Positions 17,226-26,770 of a DNA stretch of 50,298 nucleotides are shown piece after piece (position 1 is the stretch's first letter; each line of letters starts with the position of its first letter). Origin of the DNA: a bacterium. GTDB taxonomy: Bacteria > Patescibacteriota > Patescibacteriia > SBBB01. The notes beneath the pieces are model-generated. The model did not search any database. It was not told the origin of the DNA and was given only the letters and a program-made list of their open reading frames with translations. Where the stretch lies: positions 1-50,298 of the forward strand of contig SBBB01000002.1 in NCBI GenBank assembly GCA_005239895.1, written 5' to 3'. The translations under genes and the position numbers were made by a program.

Positions 17226-19106
17226 ATGAATATGACGAATCAAATCAACTCAAAAATAGATCCTATATATATAGAAATTTTAAACCCGGTATTAGGCACT
17301 GACTTTTTTATGTTCCCGTCCGAACAAAATTATCATATATTTGCTTTTAATTTATTTAATGAAAATAACCCTGAAACCCAGAATATACTTAATAATTTTA
17401 AAGAGACTTTATTAGCCTACTATAAAAATATAGAGGGTGCAAAAAATGCTTCCACGACTTTTGAAAATCTCCTCCAAAAAGCTAACCAATATTTAATAAA
17501 TGAACTTGAACCCCAACAACCCGAATTCCTAAAACCTAATGGAATTCTAGGCATGATTCTAAATGATCAAATTTATATTAGCCGTAATGGTGATCTAACT
17601 CCCTTGATTTTAACTAAAAAAAATAATAATTATCAATGGTTTAATATACTTAAACACACCACTGGACTAAATTATATTCAAAATAATACCCGAGGCTTAT
17701 TTTCTCAGATTATATGTGGACCAATTTCAGTTACGGATTGGCTGGTTTTAACAAATTTAGATTATGAAGATCATTATCAAATGTCCCAAATTAAAAATAT
17801 AATTTTAGAACACCCTACAGAAAACATTCAATCCGCTCTAACTAAAATATTAAATACTGAAACTGATCCTAAAAACGCTTTAATTATTATTAATCAAAAT
17901 ATTCCCGTTAAATTACCGTCCGATCAAATTATACCTAATAAACAGTCTATATCTGATACTCAAAAAAACAAAATACTTCAAAATATTATGGGTATTGATA
18001 CTAAGGACGCAGTTGACACCCAAGAAGAATATGAAGAAAATACAGATGTAGACGAAACCCTTCCAGACGATCAACCCCAAACAACACCTGTAATGTCTAC
18101 TATTAAAACTAAATTGCAGGGCCTAACCAAACCTAAGGAAAAAATTAAACAATCCCTGTTTAAAACTTGTAATACCATTAAATTATCTAGTCAAAACTTA
18201 ACCCACCAAACCTACAACTTGTTATCGATATTACCTAAAAAAAGAATCCTGATTATAATAGCAATTGTAATTATGGGTACGATTGGTATTTATAGTATAA
18301 TTTTAAATGTTCAAAACCAAAAACAACTAAGTTACGAAAAACTAATAACAACTATAAACAATAAACTGATAATGGCCCAACAAAAAATAATTCTCAGAGA
18401 GAACCTAGGAGCTAAAATAATTTTAGCGGAAGCGCAAAAGCTAATTCAACAACTTCCAAAATCTAATCAACGAGAGCAACAAAATTTTGTGGAGTTACAA
18501 AATAAAAGCCTAGATTTAGTACTAAAAAATCAAAACGTTGTAGTTATTAAAGACCCAAAAATTATTACGAATAAATCCAAAATAACTTCTAAAACTATTA
18601 ATCTAAATGACTTTAAACCCAGTTTAACCCAACCAGCCACAGATATAGTGACTTATAATGACAATGTATACGTGCTACTCGCAACTGAAGGTAAAATAAT
18701 GAAATATAAAACCTTACAATCTAAATATGTGTCTCCAACTTCTTTACCCATAAATAAAACCCATTTATATAATACAAACTCTATGGCTATTGATGGGAAT
18801 ATATATATTCTTAAAAATACGGGTGAAATTTTAAAATTTTATAAAGGTAAACAAATGGCTTTTACTATTAAAAATTTAGAAGATAAATTAACAAATCCTA
18901 TTAAAATTAAAACTAATAGCGATGTAAAACATATTTATCTACTTGATGCCAAATCTAAAAGAATTGTAGTGTTAAATAAAAACGGAACATTAAAAACCCA
19001 AATTTATTCGGATAAGTTTGATAACTTAAAAGATTTGTTTATTGAAAACAATACTAAGGTTTTTGTATTAAATGATTCAACTCTGTACGAAGTAAATATT
19101 CCTTAA
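17226..19106 (+). CDS. Membrane protein: N-terminal PP2C-like fold, acidic linker, TM helix, C-terminal beta-propeller-like repeats
   Basis: TM at RILIIIAIVIMGTIGIYSII; repeats SMAIDGNIYIL, HIYLLD...KRIVVLNKNG, KDLFI..TKVFVL. Confidence 0.65.
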   Translation: MNMTNQINSKIDPIYIEILNPVLGTDFFMFPSEQNYHIFAFNLFNENNPETQNILNNFKETLLAYYKNIEGAKNASTTFENLLQKANQYLINELEPQQPEFLKPNGILGMILNDQIYISRNGDLTPLILTKKNNNYQWFNILKHTTGLNYIQNNTRGLFSQIICGPISVTDWLVLTNLDYEDHYQMSQIKNIILEHPTENIQSALTKILNTETDPKNALIIINQNIPVKLPSDQIIPNKQSISDTQKNKILQNIMGIDTKDAVDTQEEYEENTDVDETLPDDQPQTTPVMSTIKTKLQGLTKPKEKIKQSLFKTCNTIKLSSQNLTHQTYNLLSILPKKRILIIIAIVIMGTIGIYSIILNVQNQKQLSYEKLITTINNKLIMAQQKIILRENLGAKIILAEAQKLIQQLPKSNQREQQNFVELQNKSLDLVLKNQNVVVIKDPKIITNKSKITSKTINLNDFKPSLTQPATDIVTYNDNVYVLLATEGKIMKYKTLQSKYVSPTSLPINKTHLYNTNSMAIDGNIYILKNTGEILKFYKGKQMAFTIKNLEDKLTNPIKIKTNSDVKHIYLLDAKSKRIVVLNKNGTLKTQIYSDKFDNLKDLFIENNTKVFVLNDSTLYEVNIP

Positions 19107-20932
19107 ACTTTAAATATAGCCATAAAGGCTTCTTGAGGTATATCAACTGAACCAACCCCTCGGCTCATCATCTTCTTTTTACCTTTTTTCTGTTTTTCTA
19201 ATAATTTTAATTTACGTGTATAATCACCACCGTATAATTTGGCGGTAACATCTTTACGCAACGCGCTAATGGATTCGGAAGCAATAATTTTACCGCGCAC
19301 CATAGCTTGAATTTTAATTACAAACATCTGGGGTTTTAAATTATCTTTTAAAGACGCAACCCTGTTTCTAGAAATATTGTAAACATCTTTTTGGTAAACA
19401 ATAGATGACAAGGCTTCAATTATTTTACCTGAAACCATAATATCCAAACGCACAGCATCAACTAATCTATAACCTATAATTTCATAGTTCAAAGATCCGT
19501 AGCCAGAAGTGATACTTTTTAATTTATCGTAAAAATCAATCAAAATAGAAGCCAGTGGCATTTGACAATGAATTATCAAAAGTCTGTCAGTAATACCGGG
19601 AGTATTTTGATTACTAATATATTCTATATCCTGATACTCGCCTTTTTTATCTATAACCAACTGTAGTAAATTACCTAAATGTTTTTCATAGGCAATAATT
19701 TGCATATTTACAAACGGTTCTTCTAAAGATTCAATTGCCATTGTTTCGGTTAATTCCATGGGGTTTTTAATTATAAATTTTGTGTCATTATTTCTTAATT
19801 TAACCTGATAAGCAACACTGGGGTATGTAATAATAATATCCATACCATAATCCCGAGTTAATCTTTCTTGAACAATTTCTAAATGCAAAACCCCTAAAAA
19901 TCCACACCTAAAACCAAAACCCAAAGAAGCTGAGTTTTCAGATTCAATCATTAAACTGGCATCATTTAATTTTAACTTATAAATAGAATCTTTTAAACGA
20001 CTATAATCGTTTCCATCTTTAGCAAACAACCCCGCAAAAACAACTGGTTTCATAGCTTGATAACCAGGAAAAGGAACAATATTAGCATGACTACCAGAAG
20101 CTGATAATTCGGTAATAGTATCTCCAACCAAAGTTTGTTCAATTGTTTTTAAACCAGTGGCAATATAACCTATTTCTCCAGCGCTCAAAGAATCAGTCTT
20201 TTTTAAAAATGGATTAAAAACTCCAACCTCTAAAGCTGAAAATGTTAAACCTGTTGATAAAGCGCACAAACTACTCTGCTGTTTTACAATTCCATCTAAA
20301 ACTCTAACTGACAAAACAATACCTTTGTAATCATCAAAGTGAGAATCAAAAACTAAAACCTTTAAAGGTTGACTTTTGTTGTCAACCGGAGGACGCACGC
20401 GATCAATAACACTAGCTAAAATTTTATCAACCCCTACCCCAGTTTTTCCTGAAGCTAAAATTATATCTTCATCTTTACAACCTACAATACTTTTTATAGC
20501 TGCTACCGAACTATCAATGTCAGCTAATTCCGAATCAATCTTGTTTACAACCGGGATAATTGCTAAATTATATTTTTTTGCTAAATATAAATTAGTAATA
20601 GTCTGGGCTTGCACCCCTTGCGTAGCGTCTACTAGTAATATAGCGCCTTCTACGGAAGACAAAGACCTTGAAACTTCATAAACAAAATCACTATGTCCGG
20701 GCGTATCAATTAAATTCATGACATACTCTGATCCATCTGAGGTTTTATAATTCATTCTAACTGGTTGCATTTTTATGGTTATGCCTCGTTCTCGCTCTAA
20801 GGGATGCATGTCTAAAAACTGGGCTTGCATGGCATTCTTAGAAACTGTATTAGTGAATTCCAAAAATCTATCCGCTAAAGTGGACTTGCCATGATCAATA
20901 TGAGCTATAATACAAAAATTTCTAATATTCAT
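19103..20932 (-). CDS. lepA: Elongation factor 4
   Basis: IRNFCIIAHIDHGKSTLADR, ERERGITIK, LIDTPGH, GFRCGFLGVLHLEI, KLLEKQKKGKKKM. Confidence 0.98.
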   Translation of the reverse strand: MNIRNFCIIAHIDHGKSTLADRFLEFTNTVSKNAMQAQFLDMHPLERERGITIKMQPVRMNYKTSDGSEYVMNLIDTPGHSDFVYEVSRSLSSVEGAILLVDATQGVQAQTITNLYLAKKYNLAIIPVVNKIDSELADIDSSVAAIKSIVGCKDEDIILASGKTGVGVDKILASVIDRVRPPVDNKSQPLKVLVFDSHFDDYKGIVLSVRVLDGIVKQQSSLCALSTGLTFSALEVGVFNPFLKKTDSLSAGEIGYIATGLKTIEQTLVGDTITELSASGSHANIVPFPGYQAMKPVVFAGLFAKDGNDYSRLKDSIYKLKLNDASLMIESENSASLGFGFRCGFLGVLHLEIVQERLTRDYGMDIIITYPSVAYQVKLRNNDTKFIIKNPMELTETMAIESLEEPFVNMQIIAYEKHLGNLLQLVIDKKGEYQDIEYISNQNTPGITDRLLIIHCQMPLASILIDFYDKLKSITSGYGSLNYEIIGYRLVDAVRLDIMVSGKIIEALSSIVYQKDVYNISRNRVASLKDNLKPQMFVIKIQAMVRGKIIASESISALRKDVTAKLYGGDYTRKLKLLEKQKKGKKKMMSRGVGSVDIPQEAFMAIFKV

Positions 20933-20944
20933 AGTGTTTAATTT

Positions 20945-21050
20945 TAGCTTGTAGCTTGTAGCTTTTTAGCCCTTCAGGTTTAAGACCTTCAGAGTCTTCG
21001 ACTTTTTAATCCTTCGGGTCTAAAACCCTCAGGACCTTCGGCTTTCTAAC
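20945..21050. repeat. TAGCTTG heptamers plus CCTTC(A/G)G-rich dispersed element
   Basis: Shares CCTTCGG.TCTAAAA and ACCTTCGGCTTTCTA with 48338-48408; similar motifs at 45848-45900. Confidence 0.65.
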
Positions 21051-21052
21051 TT

Positions 21053-22237
21053 TTAACTTTCTACTTGTTTGCAACCCTGAAAAACTTTCAAAGTTTCACG
21101 AGCTGTTCTTTCAAATGTAAACTTGGCTGAACGTTGCAAACCAGCTGTACTCATTATTTGTCTTAACTCGGAATTAGTCAATAATTCTTGCATAGCCAGG
21201 GTTAGTTCTGAAATATTATCGGGATTAATTAATATTCCCGCAGAACCAACAATTTCCCCCAAACTAGATGAAAAACTAGATATAACTGGCACTCCATAAC
21301 TCATAGCTTCTATAACTGGCAAACCAAACCCTTCATAATAAGATGGAAAAACAAATAGCTCTGCGCCTTGATATAATCTAGCTTTGTCTTCTTCCGAAAC
21401 ATAATTTAAAATCCAAATTTTATCTACTAAACTCAACCCTGCGGCCTGAATGGCTTGCAAAATTTTTGTATAACCATAACCAGGATGACCAACTAAAATT
21501 AAGATTAGGTTTTGATTAGGATTATCTTTCATAATCTGTTGAAAAGATTTTATGATTGAAATAATATTTTTCCGCATTTCTAAAGTTCCAAGATATAAAA
21601 TATAATGCTCAGGCAAAACTTTTCCATTACAGACAACCCTAGTATTTATATCTTTGCGAACAGATTGCGCGCCATGATATATAACTGTAATTTTATTTTC
21701 TGGAATTCCTAAATAATTAATAATATCCGTTTTACTGCTTTCCGAAACTGTAATAATTTTATCAGCCTGCAGGCAAGTTTTTTTTACATTTACTAAATAG
21801 TGCTTTAATCTGTTTTTTAAATTATAAAATTCAGGATAAATTTTAAAACTTAGATCATGAATTGTAATTACACTATGTATTTTTTTATTGTGAGCGTTAC
21901 CAGAACCAGCCAGTGCTAAAAAAGAAAGATTAGGGGAAAAAACAACATCAGGCCGCAGGTTAAAACGATGATAAATTAAATCCGGCATACTTGGATAATT
22001 AAAACCCAAAATACTTAAATTTAATAATTTATTGGGAATATGATAGTCGCATACTTGCACTTTCGCGGATCCAAAATCAGGCAAAATAGGATAATTGTTT
22101 TTATAAGAATTATAAAATAAGTAATACTCGTTTTCTAAGTCCAACTTAAACAAACATTCTAGTAAATTATAAGTATACTTTGAAACCCCAGTTCCATATT
22201 TCTCTAAAAGAGGACTAACATCTACAACAATACGCAT
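21053..22237 (-). CDS. Glycosyltransferase family 4 (GT-B)
   Basis: GTGVSKY, TIHDL, LYLGTLEMRKN, FPSYYEGFGLPVIEAMSYGVPVI. Confidence 0.94.
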   Translation of the reverse strand: MRIVVDVSPLLEKYGTGVSKYTYNLLECLFKLDLENEYYLFYNSYKNNYPILPDFGSAKVQVCDYHIPNKLLNLSILGFNYPSMPDLIYHRFNLRPDVVFSPNLSFLALAGSGNAHNKKIHSVITIHDLSFKIYPEFYNLKNRLKHYLVNVKKTCLQADKIITVSESSKTDIINYLGIPENKITVIYHGAQSVRKDINTRVVCNGKVLPEHYILYLGTLEMRKNIISIIKSFQQIMKDNPNQNLILILVGHPGYGYTKILQAIQAAGLSLVDKIWILNYVSEEDKARLYQGAELFVFPSYYEGFGLPVIEAMSYGVPVISSFSSSLGEIVGSAGILINPDNISELTLAMQELLTNSELRQIMSTAGLQRSAKFTFERTARETLKVFQGCKQVES

Positions 22238-22275
22238 AAAAAAATTGACTTAATTAGCAATTCTAAAATTAACTA

Positions 22276-22464
22276 TTAACCATCGCTTATCAACACTTTC
22301 GCGATCGAGGAATTCAAGTCATAATGCACCATTCGCTACCATTCCTATTTTGTCTTTGTCATTCCCGCGAAGGCGGGAATGACAGAAAATGTGCGCATAA
22401 AGTTATTAGCATGGTGGTGCATTGAAAACTGGACTTTTTGTAGCGAAGTTGTTGACCCCGTTAA
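22276..22464 (-). ncRNA. Candidate 6S-like long-hairpin RNA with apical REP palindrome
   Basis: Nested stems TTAAC/GTTAA, TCAACA-CTTCGC/GCGAAAG-TGTTGA, AAGTC/GACTT, AATGCACCA/TGGTGCATT; 6S-like words UUCGC..AGUCC and CUUGAA..GCG. Confidence 0.45.
22357..22384. repeat. Perfect REP-derived palindrome TGTCATTCCCGC-GAAG-GCGGGAATGACA
   Basis: 12-bp perfect stem; same family as the composite REPs. Confidence 0.9.
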
Positions 22465-22566
22465 AGATTTATACTTCATATTTATAGGTAAAAATTTAGT
22501 AATCATAATTCTATCCAAAAAAATAGATAAAATAAGTTTTTATAATCTCTAACAGGGTTGACAGTT

Positions 22567-22965
22567 TTATCTTAAAATTTCTGGTATACGAGATCGCGGA
22601 ATTTTTCTAACCTTCACGGTTTTAAAACCCTGAATATATGCCTTCACTAAACGATGCAAGCCATCTAAAATTAACCAACGACCTTTATTGTCCATAATAT
22701 CAATGGGATATTGCAAGTCTGAATTTTGCACTTTTTCATAGTGCGTAGAATGTATGTCTGGTAATTTTATTACTTCATTGGGTGTCAAATTATAATCATC
22801 CGTATCCTTCATTTCCCAAAACGGAACTTCAAAATGCCAAATCAGCTCTTTGATATCCATTTCCTCCACTGGTTCATCCAGCTTCCAAATTTTGCTAGAA
22901 TCCCAATGGAAATCAAAACCTACATCGTTAATAACTTTTGGTATACTTTTCGCCATATTTTTCAT
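22567..22965 (-). CDS. Stand-alone ParB/Srx-like domain protein
   Basis: DLQYPI...WLILDGLHRLVKA motif (DGxHR) with no HTH or dimerisation region. Confidence 0.72.
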   Translation of the reverse strand: MKNMAKSIPKVINDVGFDFHWDSSKIWKLDEPVEEMDIKELIWHFEVPFWEMKDTDDYNLTPNEVIKLPDIHSTHYEKVQNSDLQYPIDIMDNKGRWLILDGLHRLVKAYIQGFKTVKVRKIPRSRIPEILR

Positions 22966-23001
22966 TACATATTAAAATTCCAATTTTCATAAATTTATTT
23001 T

Positions 23002-24105
23002 TTATTTTTGTTTAAATTGTTGTTGAAATTTTTCATCCATAAAAGATTTTATTTTGGTTTGAAAAACAGAAGTGTCAAACTGCTGAGCATGCTCACGAAT
23101 TAATACAGGATTATAATTAGCAAACTTTAATCTTATAACTGTATCAGCCAAAGACTCCCAGGTTTGTTCGTCAAAAAACACACCAGATACATTTTCTTTG
23201 ACAATTTCAGTCGCGCCGCCGCTACGATAAGCAATTACAGGTATACCAGAAGCCATGGCTTCTACCATAGTAATACCAAAATCCTCGGTTTGAGGATTAA
23301 TAAAAGCTTGCGCTGATTGATATAATTTACGCTTAACATCCTCGGATACTTCTCCCAAAAATTCAATATTACTACTAGCAATACTTTTTAAAAATGCTAA
23401 TTCCGGACCTGTGCCAAAAATTTTTAAAGGTATGCGCATTCTGTTAAAAGCTGTTACTATCAGATCAAATCTTTTATAAGGAACCAATCTACCACCAGCT
23501 AAAAAATATTTATCCGGTTTTTTTGCTAGTAAAAACTTATTTATGTCAATCGGTGGATATATAACCACACTATCTCTTTTGTAATATTTAGTAATCCTAT
23601 CTTGCACAGTTTTAGAATTGGCAATAAAATAATCAACTCGATCCGCGGCTAACTTATCCCATATTCGCAAATAACTAAGATAACTACTAATAATGGTTTT
23701 AAAAAAATGAGGATATCTTAAATCGCGCAAATAATCATAAGCATCCAACCATAAATATCTCGTAGGTGTATGACAATAACAAATATGTATAGTATTACCG
23801 GTTGTTATTATACCCTTCGCAAAAGCGCTGGAACTAGACAAAACCATATCATATTTAGATAAATCATAACTCTCAATAGCAGAGGACATAAATGGTAAAT
23901 ACCAGCGATGTTTACTTGTACTAAATGGCATTTTCTGCAAACGTGATGAGATAACCCTAGTCCACAGTTCTTTAAAGTCGGGATTAGATTTATCGTGTAA
24001 TAAAGTGTAAATCGGAGCTTGATCAAACATTCTAGATATAGCCCGAAACACAACTTCCGCTCCACCATTTTTTAATAAATAATCATGTACTAAAGCAATG
24101 CGCAT
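23002..24105 (-). CDS. Glycosyltransferase family 4 (GT-B)
   Basis: MRIALVHDYL...GGAE, GRLVPYKRFDL, EDFGITMVEAMASGIPVIAY..GGATE. Confidence 0.95.
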   Translation of the reverse strand: MRIALVHDYLLKNGGAEVVFRAISRMFDQAPIYTLLHDKSNPDFKELWTRVISSRLQKMPFSTSKHRWYLPFMSSAIESYDLSKYDMVLSSSSAFAKGIITTGNTIHICYCHTPTRYLWLDAYDYLRDLRYPHFFKTIISSYLSYLRIWDKLAADRVDYFIANSKTVQDRITKYYKRDSVVIYPPIDINKFLLAKKPDKYFLAGGRLVPYKRFDLIVTAFNRMRIPLKIFGTGPELAFLKSIASSNIEFLGEVSEDVKRKLYQSAQAFINPQTEDFGITMVEAMASGIPVIAYRSGGATEIVKENVSGVFFDEQTWESLADTVIRLKFANYNPVLIREHAQQFDTSVFQTKIKSFMDEKFQQQFKQK

Positions 24106-24113
24106 AATTAAAT

Positions 24114-25541
24114 TTAAATTGTTTTTCGCTTGCCAAAAATAACCACGAATGTTTTTAATATAATTTCAAAGTCCATCAATAAAGACCAGTTTTCAATATA
24201 GTATGTATCTAACTGAACTTCTTTTTCAAAATCTACATCCGACCTACCGTTTACTTGAGACAACCCTGTCATACCAGGCTTAATAAGTAACAATTTTTTA
24301 TGCCCTTTTTGATACTGGGCAACTTCGTTAGGCAAATGTGGACGGGGTCCAACTAAACTCATATCTCCTAAAATTATATTTATTAATTGGGGTAATTCGT
24401 CAATACTAGTGGTTCTAATAAATTTTCCCACCCTAGTCCAACGCGGATCATTAATAATTTTTGACAAAATACCATTACGAACATTAAATTCTGGATTGTT
24501 TATTAAATCTTTATAAAACTTATCAGCCAACTCACCTCCATAATTATCTCCCACGCAATATTCTGTTTTCATAGATCTAAATTTATATATTTTAAACAAA
24601 CCCTTAGGACCTACTCTCATTTGGGAATATAGAACTGGTCCTTTAGAGTCCGACTTAATCCAAATCCCTATAATTACTAAAAACGGAAAAAGTATAATCA
24701 GACCCAATACAGCCACACTAACATCTATAATTCTTTTAACAACCCTGAACCAACCTTCCAAGGGTGTTTTTTTTAATTCAATGACAGGAATATTCTCAAG
24801 AATATGAACTTCTATATTTTTATTTAATACTTCAAATAAATTAGCCGTATAACGAAACACTATATTATGCTCAAATGTAAAATCTGACAAATCAGCGCTT
24901 AATTCCGAAGACATGTTGTTTTGAGCTAAAATAATTTCGTTTATCTTGTGATTTTGGTGTAAAATTTCTAAACGAGCTAAGGTTAGGTGATCTAAATTGT
25001 TAATTCTCTCAATTACTCTATAACCCAAAACCAATCCATTATTAAATATTTTCTCTAAATTACAAGCTACAAAACTATCTCCTAAAATAACAACATTGGA
25101 TAACCCTATTTTTTTCGCTAAAAATAATTTTTGAATGTATCTAATAAATAACCTGCCAATAGATATAGTTATCAAACTAAGCACAAATCCACTCAAAACA
25201 ATAAATCTAGATTGAAATAACTCCCGACTAAAAAACATTACGATAGCCACAAACGCAAACCCAACTGAACAAGCTAAAAATACTTTATTAATTTCTTCAA
25301 TAACAGTTTGTCGTAAAGAAGTTTGATACAAATCATTCAGACTAAAAATTATAATCCAAACCAAGCCTATTAAACTTAAAACTTTTAAATAAGGAATAAA
25401 TTCTAAACTAAATAATATTGGTCTCCACCCAACTACAGTTGAAGAAAAACGCAGTTCGTAAGCTAACACCCCTGCCAATAAAAACATCAAAAAATCTACA
25501 ATTATTAATACTCCATTAGATATCAGTTCTCTCCTGTTCAT
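24114..25541 (-). CDS. Undecaprenyl-phosphate sugar phosphotransferase (WcaJ/WbaP-like priming glycosyltransferase)
   Basis: KRIIDV, FKIYKFRSM, DPRWTRVGKFIRTTSIDELPQL, GDMSLVGPRP, KPGMTGLSQVNGR, DTYYIENWS. Confidence 0.96.
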   Translation of the reverse strand: MNRRELISNGVLIIVDFLMFLLAGVLAYELRFSSTVVGWRPILFSLEFIPYLKVLSLIGLVWIIIFSLNDLYQTSLRQTVIEEINKVFLACSVGFAFVAIVMFFSRELFQSRFIVLSGFVLSLITISIGRLFIRYIQKLFLAKKIGLSNVVILGDSFVACNLEKIFNNGLVLGYRVIERINNLDHLTLARLEILHQNHKINEIILAQNNMSSELSADLSDFTFEHNIVFRYTANLFEVLNKNIEVHILENIPVIELKKTPLEGWFRVVKRIIDVSVAVLGLIILFPFLVIIGIWIKSDSKGPVLYSQMRVGPKGLFKIYKFRSMKTEYCVGDNYGGELADKFYKDLINNPEFNVRNGILSKIINDPRWTRVGKFIRTTSIDELPQLINIILGDMSLVGPRPHLPNEVAQYQKGHKKLLLIKPGMTGLSQVNGRSDVDFEKEVQLDTYYIENWSLLMDFEIILKTFVVIFGKRKTI

Positions 25542-25552
25542 AAATTTGAATA

Positions 25553-25594
25553 CTCAGTAATAACCCTTCGACTACGCTCAGGGTCTACACTCCT
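25553..25594 (-). promoter_or_regulatory. Shared upstream motif, copy A (AGGAGTGTAG-hairpin-GTTATTACTGAG)
   Basis: Matches 34608-34642 on the same strand relative to the downstream gene; ends 11 nt before the wcaJ-like ATG. Confidence 0.5.
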
Positions 25595-25632
25595 ATTTAT
25601 CTCAAGAGCAAGCTCTTGAGCTTTCTAGGAGT
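25589..25632. other. Large hairpin 3' of RNase P RNA (ACTCCTA/TAGGAGT enclosing CTCAAGAG-CAAG-CTCTTGAG)
   Basis: Read directly from sequence. Confidence 0.7.
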
Positions 25633-25644
25633 TTCGATAAAAAT

Positions 25645-26034
25645 GCATTTTAAACTTATAAGCCGAATTCTGTCTCCTTGTAAAAACAAAGAGTGTAATC
25701 ATCTATCTAGCTTTAATATTACTATTAAAGTCAAGCCCCAATTAAGGGTTGCACCAAATAGGGTTTGCCACACATTGACATCACTGCCAACGGAGCGAAG
25801 TAGCTATAAATTTATAACACCTTCCCACTTTTCACCTTTCACTATTTAAATAAATTTAAACAGCTAGTATAGTCTCTGTGGTACTAATGCCGTCGTTTTA
25901 TGTATCGTAAAACGCCACTGCGTTACAGTGTATTATTTACCATTCTTTAATATATATGATATACTAAAGGGGCGCGGTGTTCGGACTTTCCTCCCCTTTA
26001 ATTAAAAAGGGGCGATTACACAGTATTAAAATGC
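25645..26034 (-). ncRNA. rnpB: RNase P RNA
   Basis: Reverse strand contains GAGGAAAGTCCGAAC, AGTACCACAGAGAC, GGTGAAAAG, GGCAAACCC..GGTGCAA, CTAGATAGATGATT and ACAGAATTCGGCTTAT; P1 GCATTTTAA/TTAAAATGC. Confidence 0.94.
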
Positions 26035-26040
26035 AATTAT

Positions 26041-26069
26041 AGTATAATATTTAATGACCTTTTAGTCAA
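26041..26069 (-). promoter_or_regulatory. sigma70 promoter for rnpB, TTGACT-N17-TATACT
   Basis: Places +1 at about G26034, the first base of the P1 helix. Confidence 0.75.
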
Positions 26070-26163
26070 CCCAGGAAGTTGAAAGTTGTAAAGTATAAAA
26101 TTTATAAAATGATTATTTTTTATTTAGGGTTTAATATTTAGTGTTTAGTTTTTATTATTATCT

Positions 26164-26745
26164 ATGTATCAACCAAAAAATTTTGACCATTTAATAGGTT
26201 TACCTGGTTTTAGCGAACAACTTATAAAAAACCACATTACTTTGTATCAAGGCTATGTTACTAATACCAATAAACTAATTGAGATTTTAAATATACTTTC
26301 CGTCACTAAAACTTCAAGCGATATAGAGTACGCTGAAGCTAAGCGTAGATTTGGATGGGAATACAATGGCATGCGTTTGCATGAATATTATTTTGAAAAT
26401 TTAACTAAAACTGAAACACCTCTAAATCCAGATTCAAAATTAAGTAGTCTGATAATTTCCCAATTTGGGTCTTTAGAAAACTGGGAAAAAGATTTTAAAA
26501 AAACCGGCGCAACCCGTGGTATTGGATGGACAATATTGGTTCACGATAAACTTAACAACCAATTATTTAATATTTGGGTTAATGAACATGATTTGGGATA
26601 TTTAGTAGATACTCAAATTATTTTAGTTATGGATGTGTTTGAACACGCTTACATGATAGACTATGGAATCAAACGCGCTGATTATATAAACGCTTTCTTT
26701 AAAATTATAAACTGGAATTTGGCTTCGGAAAGATTTGGAAAGTAA
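26164..26745 (+). CDS. Fe/Mn superoxide dismutase (divergent N-terminal ligand region)
   Basis: NGMRLHEYYF, GIGW, DVFEHAY motifs. Confidence 0.9.
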   Translation: MYQPKNFDHLIGLPGFSEQLIKNHITLYQGYVTNTNKLIEILNILSVTKTSSDIEYAEAKRRFGWEYNGMRLHEYYFENLTKTETPLNPDSKLSSLIISQFGSLENWEKDFKKTGATRGIGWTILVHDKLNNQLFNIWVNEHDLGYLVDTQIILVMDVFEHAYMIDYGIKRADYINAFFKIINWNLASERFGK

Positions 26746-26770
26746 AATGAAATATAATACAACTTCCAAA

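Noticed and set aside
19103-19106. Convergent stop-codon overlaps (19103-19106; 12718-12723)
   Set aside because: Ordinary compaction in a reduced genome
25616-25849. 77-aa ORF
   Set aside because: Antisense to RNase P RNA
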